A DNA stretch of 21,736 nt from Arcobacteraceae bacterium (GTDB taxonomy: Bacteria > Campylobacterota > Campylobacteria > Campylobacterales > Arcobacteraceae): positions 30,362-52,097 of the forward strand of contig JBLWVX010000018.1 in assembly GCA_048268245.1 (NCBI GenBank), written 5' to 3'. Position numbers and translations under genes: made by a program. Below the pieces are notes generated by a model, which saw nothing but the letters and a program-made list of their open reading frames with translations, was not told the origin of the DNA and did not search any database. Below are positions 16,935 to 21,736 of the stretch, piece by piece. Numbering within the stretch: the first letter of the stretch is position 1; every line of letters starts with the position of its first letter.

Positions 16935-18302
16935 TTAGTTAGTTAAAAGTTTTGAATATAAAGTTTCTAAAGCAGCATCTGCAACATTTTGAGATACACC
17001 AATATGAAGTGATACTTTTGATGGACTCATATCAAACATATCAAAAGAGATATTATTCTCTTTTAAAGCAGTTATTGCATCAACTATTGCAAAAGTATTT
17101 TGTTTTAAACCAATTCCAACTAAAGTTATCACAGATAAGTTGTAAGCTACATAAATATTTCTAGTTTTAAGTCTTCTCTCAATCTCTCTTCTAAACTTAT
17201 TTATATTACCTTTTAAGTCTTCTTGATCAACTAATATAGCAATATCATCTTTATCCGTAGGATAATGATAACTGTTAATTCCAAACTCTCCAAAGATTTT
17301 AAGTAATTCAGCAGTAAAACCTATTTCATCTGCAAGCATATCTTTTTGAAGATGAATTGAAGCCATATTATCAAGCTTTGCAATACCAACTAAATCTTCC
17401 ATTGGAACTCTTTCATTTAAAATAATTGTTCCTTCATGCTCTGGATTATTTGTATTTCTAATATTAATAGGTATTTTACTTTTTTTACAATTTAGCATTG
17501 CATCAAAGTGAAATACATTAAAACCTTTTGAACTTAAAAGCCTTAACTCTTTAAATGTAAGTCTTGGAATTACATTTGCATCACTAATAACTCTTGGGTC
17601 AACTTCATAAACACCATTTGTATCAGTCCAATTCTCATATATATCTGCATCTAAAGCGTAGGCTAACTCTCCACCTGTCAAGTCAGAACCACCTCTACTC
17701 ATAACAGCAACTTCTTTATCTTTTGTAATTCCATAAAATCCAGGAACTAAATACATTTCATCTTTTTCAAATTTAAACTTTGATGCAATATTACAATGAG
17801 TTTGTTTTTGCACCTTTCCATCTGTATAATCGCTACTTAAAATAAACCCAAACTCTTCTGGAAGCATAAGTTTTACATTTAATCCATTTTTCTTCATATA
17901 TTCAGTAATTATTTTTGCATTATAGTGTTCACCTCTTGATAAAAAGTAAGCCTCTTTTTTTCCATCTTTTAATGTACTACTTGTTAAATCTTCTTCAAGT
18001 TTTTTTAAAACTATTTTTTTATCTATATTCAAATCATCACATAACTTATCAAACTTAGTTAGTATTGCAGTAAAACTCTGCTCTGTAGTAATCTCAATTT
18101 TTTGTTCACAAAAATGTTTACCATTAGTTGCTAAATTTAATAAATGATCTGTGATTTTCTCATTATGATTATCATCTCTTCCTGGTGCTGATACAACTAT
18201 TACTCTTCTGTCTTCATCACTTTTTACAATGTTAAAAACTTTTTTTATCTGGGAGGCATCTTTTACTGAACTACCTCCAAATTTACAAACTTTAATATTC
18301 AT
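16935..18302 (-). CDS. ask: Aspartate kinase associated with the ectoine operon
   Basis: KFGGSS, VVSAPG, SRGE, SRGGSDLTG, ENWTD, VDPR, NTNNP and a C-terminal ACT-like region. Confidence 0.93.
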   Translation of the reverse strand: MNIKVCKFGGSSVKDASQIKKVFNIVKSDEDRRVIVVSAPGRDDNHNEKITDHLLNLATNGKHFCEQKIEITTEQSFTAILTKFDKLCDDLNIDKKIVLKKLEEDLTSSTLKDGKKEAYFLSRGEHYNAKIITEYMKKNGLNVKLMLPEEFGFILSSDYTDGKVQKQTHCNIASKFKFEKDEMYLVPGFYGITKDKEVAVMSRGGSDLTGGELAYALDADIYENWTDTNGVYEVDPRVISDANVIPRLTFKELRLLSSKGFNVFHFDAMLNCKKSKIPINIRNTNNPEHEGTIILNERVPMEDLVGIAKLDNMASIHLQKDMLADEIGFTAELLKIFGEFGINSYHYPTDKDDIAILVDQEDLKGNINKFRREIERRLKTRNIYVAYNLSVITLVGIGLKQNTFAIVDAITALKENNISFDMFDMSPSKVSLHIGVSQNVADAALETLYSKLLTN

Positions 18303-18314
18303 TCTAACGTTTCC

Positions 18315-18509
18315 TTATTTTATGTTCTTTTTTAAATCATATAAAGAGGCGTTTAACTTTTTTACTGCATTTGACATCTCTTCGGCTATTACTGAAAACT
18401 TTTTACCATCTTCACCAGATTCTGACGCTTCAATTCTTGCATTTATTGAAATCAACCTCATTTCATTGCTTACTTTGTCTAGTTCATTTTTATTTAACTT
18501 AGACCACCT
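18315..18509 (-). CDS. Tiny ORF resembling only the chemoreceptor (MCP) signalling hairpin tip; start uncertain
   Basis: Open frame of 64 sense codons: ...SKLNKNELDKVSNEMRLISINARIEASESGEDGKKFSVIAEEMSNAVKKLNASLYDLKKNIK*. It aligns by eye with [27 protein letters not shown]. The only in-frame ATG before the motif is at 18461 (48 aa). Not in the ORF track. Confidence 0.7.
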   Translation of the reverse strand, partial: RWSKLNKNELDKVSNEMRLISINARIEASESGEDGKKFSVIAEEMSNAVKKLNASLYDLKKNIK

Positions 18510-18522
18510 TTACTCTTAAGTT

Positions 18523-19170
18523 TTATGTTACTTGGTAGCCCCTATGTCTTATAGTACTTATAAAGTTATCTTCAAATGTATTTTTAATACCTTTTCTTAT
18601 AATATTTATATTTACTTCTACTACATTTTTTACAACCCACTCAGGGTCATCCCAAATTACATCTAATATCTCATCTTTTGAGATTGATGATCTGTGTCTA
18701 TTTTTTATTAAATACATTAAAATACTAAAAGGCTTACCTTTCATAACTAGTTTATTGTTGTTATGGTCAGTCACAGAGTTTTCTAAAGTATCAATCCAAT
18801 ATTTATTTTTGAACATAAATCTTCTTTGAAAATTTTCTCTATGTATTGATTCAAGTTTTGCTAAAATTAGCTCATTATTAGCAGGTTCTTTTATAATCGA
18901 TAAAGCTCCATACCTTAAAAGATTTTTTTCAAACTTCTTTTCATTCTTATTTGTAAGTATTACTACAGCAGTTAGTCTTGGATTTACATGCTTTAATATT
19001 TGCCTTAGATTATTATATGAGTCACTTTTTATAATAATCAGATTATAATATCTAACCTCACAATGATAAATTGCATCTTCCATATCAGTTGCCCTATCAC
19101 AAATGTAAAGTTCATCATTTTCAAGTTTGTTTATCAAACTTTCATTAATATATAAAGATAGTAATCGCAT
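18523..19170 (-). CDS. Atypical OmpR-family response regulator, HsrA/HP1043/Campylobacter CosR-like paralog
   Basis: KGKPF, SKDEILDVIWDDPEWVVKNVVEVNINIIR and TIRHRGY match the HP1043-type DNA-binding domain. The receiver domain is degenerate. Confidence 0.8.
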   Translation of the reverse strand: MRLLSLYINESLINKLENDELYICDRATDMEDAIYHCEVRYYNLIIIKSDSYNNLRQILKHVNPRLTAVVILTNKNEKKFEKNLLRYGALSIIKEPANNELILAKLESIHRENFQRRFMFKNKYWIDTLENSVTDHNNNKLVMKGKPFSILMYLIKNRHRSSISKDEILDVIWDDPEWVVKNVVEVNINIIRKGIKNTFEDNFISTIRHRGYQVT

Positions 19171-19173
19171 GGC

Positions 19174-19476
19174 TTATAAATAAATCCTTTTTTTATTGTT
19201 TTCATCAAAAATCAAAGTTAAAACTTCCCTATCTAATAAAAGTGACTCAAGAGTTTTTACATCGATAAAAGACTCTTTTTTAAAATAGTCTTTTATTTGT
19301 TTAAAAGCATCATCAATATTAGAATCATCAGAGAACTCTAATATCAATGAATTATCACTTAAAACAACTTTTTGATTTTGAACTCTACACTTTTTAAAAC
19401 TACTAATAAATTTAAAAAAAAGAAGCTTTGATTCTCTTGGTATATTTAAATAGTTTTTTATGTATATAAAGTTCAT
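19174..19476 (-). CDS. Hypothetical protein (100 aa)
   Basis: 3-bp gaps to both neighbours. RBS-like GAGG in the end of ectC. No motif recognised. Confidence 0.7.
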   Translation of the reverse strand: MNFIYIKNYLNIPRESKLLFFKFISSFKKCRVQNQKVVLSDNSLILEFSDDSNIDDAFKQIKDYFKKESFIDVKTLESLLLDREVLTLIFDENNKKRIYL

Positions 19477-19479
19477 GAT

Positions 19480-19875
19480 TTAGTCCTCTAAAGGATATAC
19501 TCCATTTTCATCATGATGTTCTGTTCCTTTAATAGGAGGGTTGAATACACAAATAAGTCTCATATCTTCACTCCCTCCATATAAATTATGATCATCATGA
19601 TTATTAAGAGCATACATCACACCATCATAAATTTCATGAACCTCACCTGTTGCAAGATCTTCAATTTTTCCATTACCAGCTACACAATATACAGCTTCTA
19701 AATGGTTTTGGTAGTGAATATGAGTTTTAGTATTTGCTTTTATAATAGTTTCATGAAAGGAAAATCCCATTCCTTCATCTTTTAAAAGCATTCTTCTACT
19801 AACCCATTGTCCACCATGAGCAAACACTTCTCGCTCACTTCCCATTACATCTTTTTTTATATCTTTTACAATCAT
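19480..19875 (-). CDS. ectC: L-ectoine synthase
   Basis: WVSRRMLL, GMGFSFHET, HYQNHLEAVYC, CVFNPP and HDENGVY. Confidence 0.98.
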   Translation of the reverse strand: MIVKDIKKDVMGSEREVFAHGGQWVSRRMLLKDEGMGFSFHETIIKANTKTHIHYQNHLEAVYCVAGNGKIEDLATGEVHEIYDGVMYALNNHDDHNLYGGSEDMRLICVFNPPIKGTEHHDENGVYPLED

Positions 19876-19876
19876 C

Positions 19877-21157
19877 TTAAAACTCTCCCGATAACTTTTC
19901 TTTTTTCTGTGCCATTAATCTATCTACAGCTTTTTCAAATCTATTTAATCCTTCAACTAAAGTATTTTCATCAATAATTAATGGTGGTAAAAATTTAACA
20001 ATTTGATCTTCACTACCACAAGTTTCTATAATAAGTTTTTCCTCAAATGCCATAGAAGATAAATCACTTGCTATTGAATTGTCACCTTTTATATCAAAAG
20101 CATAAGCTAAACCTCTACCTCTTACAGTAACATCTAATTCATCTTTATGTTTATCTGCAATTTTTTCTAGTTTCTCTTTTATGATTTTTTCTTTATATTT
20201 AACTGCATTTGATAAATCATCATTTTGCCAATACTGCTCAATAGCAACTTTTGCAGCAACAAAAGCTAAGTTATTACCTCTAAATGTTCCTGTATGTTCA
20301 CCCGGTTTCCATTGATCTAAATCAGGTTTTAATAGTACAAGTGCCATAGGTAAACCGCCACCAACAGACTTTGACATAGTTACAATATCAGGATTGATTC
20401 CTGCAAATTCAAATGAAAAGAACTCACCACTTCTACCATTACCAACTTGAATATCATCAATAATTAATAAAATATCATACTCTCTACAAATTGATTCTAG
20501 TTCTTGTAACCACTCTTTAGAGGCAACATTAATACCACCCTCACCTTGAATAGTTTCAACAATGACAGCTGCAGGAATATCTAGACCACTACTACTATCT
20601 TCTAAAAACTTTCTAAAGAAAGTCATAGTATTCATATCTCCAAAATAACCATCAAATGGCATAAATGTAGCATTTGATCTACTAATATAACTCTCATCTC
20701 TATAATCATTGTTTCCTGTTACAGAAGATGAACCTTGAGTTAAACCATGAAAACCATTTGTAAAAGATACGACATTTGATCTACCCTTTACTAGTCTTGC
20801 TAATTTAAGAGCTGTTTCAACTGCATTTGTTCCTGTAGGTCCTGTAAATTGAACCTTATAATCTAAGTTTCTAGGAACTAAAATAGTATCTTGAAAGGTT
20901 TGTAAAAAATCTTTTTTAGCACTTGTTGCCATGTCAAGACCATGAACAACACCATCTTTTTGGATATATTCAATTAAAGCTTTACTAATATGATCATTAT
21001 TATGTCCATAATTTAATGTACCAGCACCAGCAAAAAAATCGATAAATTCTTCACCTTGTTCATTTGTTAAAACCGCACCCTTTGATGTTTCAAAAATGGT
21101 TGGGAAACTTCTTATATAACCTCTTACTTCTGACTCTAAATTTTCAAAAATTCTCAT
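19877..21157 (-). CDS. ectB: Diaminobutyrate-2-oxoglutarate transaminase
   Basis: ESEVRGYIRSFP, DFFAGAGTLNYGHN, GPTGTNAVE, DDIQVG and GEHTGTFRGNN. Confidence 0.98.
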   Translation of the reverse strand: MRIFENLESEVRGYIRSFPTIFETSKGAVLTNEQGEEFIDFFAGAGTLNYGHNNDHISKALIEYIQKDGVVHGLDMATSAKKDFLQTFQDTILVPRNLDYKVQFTGPTGTNAVETALKLARLVKGRSNVVSFTNGFHGLTQGSSSVTGNNDYRDESYISRSNATFMPFDGYFGDMNTMTFFRKFLEDSSSGLDIPAAVIVETIQGEGGINVASKEWLQELESICREYDILLIIDDIQVGNGRSGEFFSFEFAGINPDIVTMSKSVGGGLPMALVLLKPDLDQWKPGEHTGTFRGNNLAFVAAKVAIEQYWQNDDLSNAVKYKEKIIKEKLEKIADKHKDELDVTVRGRGLAYAFDIKGDNSIASDLSSMAFEEKLIIETCGSEDQIVKFLPPLIIDENTLVEGLNRFEKAVDRLMAQKKEKLSGEF

Positions 21158-21195
21158 TGTGTATCTTTCCTTGATTTTATTTGTATTATTTTAAT

Positions 21196-21735
21196 TTATT
21201 TAAAGGGTCCTATTTTATACAGAACCTCTTCTTCATGTTGGTATTCAAAATCATCTGCTGTGAAAAACTCTGCACTTTTCATATTTGTTTTAAAATGCTC
21301 TGCTAATTTTTCAAAAACTCTAATTGAAGCATTATTACTAGGAGATACAGTTGTATGTAAATAATTAATACCTAACTCTTCTCTTTGAATTATTTCCATT
21401 ATAAGTCTTCTAGCAAGATCATTTCCTCTAAAGTTATCATCAACAGCTACCTGCCAGATAAATAGTGTATCTGCTTCATTTGGAATTATATACCCAGAAA
21501 CAAAACCTATAACCTTATCTTCATAAGTAGCAACTGAACATAAATCTTGAAAGTGTGTTGATTGTAAAAGATATAAATATTCAGAGTTTACATCTAATAC
21601 CTTTGTACTTTCTACAAGCTTATGAATTTTTTTTCCATCTTCTTTTTTTTTGTCAAGATTTGGCTGTATCTTTTCAAGTACTTCTGTTGCTGTTACAATA
21701 TCAGGATCTACATTTGCATAAATATAGAAGTTTTT
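21196..21735 (-). CDS. ectA: Diaminobutyrate acetyltransferase; frame open to the window end, native start missing
   Basis: In-frame extension beyond the track's ORF reads KKEDGKKIHKLVESTKVLDVNSEYLYLL...GFVSGY...DTLFIWQVAVDDNFRG...TTVSPSNNAS. EctA similarity ends at about 21651. Confidence 0.93.
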   Translation of the reverse strand, partial: KNFYIYANVDPDIVTATEVLEKIQPNLDKKKEDGKKIHKLVESTKVLDVNSEYLYLLQSTHFQDLCSVATYEDKVIGFVSGYIIPNEADTLFIWQVAVDDNFRGNDLARRLIMEIIQREELGINYLHTTVSPSNNASIRVFEKLAEHFKTNMKSAEFFTADDFEYQHEEEVLYKIGPFK

Positions 21736-21736
21736 T

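Noticed and set aside
16952..18519. Plus-strand ORFs 16952..17164 and 18229..18519
   Set aside because: Antisense to ask and to the MCP-tip frame, which has a recognisable motif and fits the operon direction.
21643..21656. Phase variation of ectA through the A9 tract using an out-of-frame TTG
   Set aside because: No good RBS, the product would still lack the conserved FRxP strand, and poly-A runs are common in this AT-rich DNA.

Overview
Very AT-rich bacterial DNA whose proteins look like Campylobacterota (Arcobacteraceae-like; NhaD and ectoine genes suggest a salt-adapted lineage; this is inference). Three parts. (1) 1-1410, an accessory region 3' of guaA that the ORF track mostly misses. 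It reads as a decayed integron: a fragmented intI pseudogene, one intact gene cassette with complementary core and inverse-core sites and a shortened attC, a DUF488-like pseudogene, and the right end of an IS3-family element. (2) 1511-15995, housekeeping and signalling genes: guaA, nhaD, nadB, a small lipoprotein, a DciA-like protein, an M48/YgjP-like protein, an aminotransferase, a CDF transporter, a rhodanese, an MBL-GAF-HD-GYP protein, a Uup-like ABC-F, YqeY and a GGDEF cyclase. (3) 16097-21736, an ectoine operon ectA-ectB-ectC...aspartokinase. Three tightly packed genes lie between ectC and the aspartokinase: an unknown 100-aa ORF, an atypical HsrA/HP1043-like response regulator, and an unannotated tiny ORF resembling only a chemoreceptor signalling tip. 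A probable RHH plus winged-helix regulator lies downstream. At the window end, ectA is joined in frame to unrelated-looking sequence at an A9 run. All assignments come from motif recognition by eye; no searches were run.
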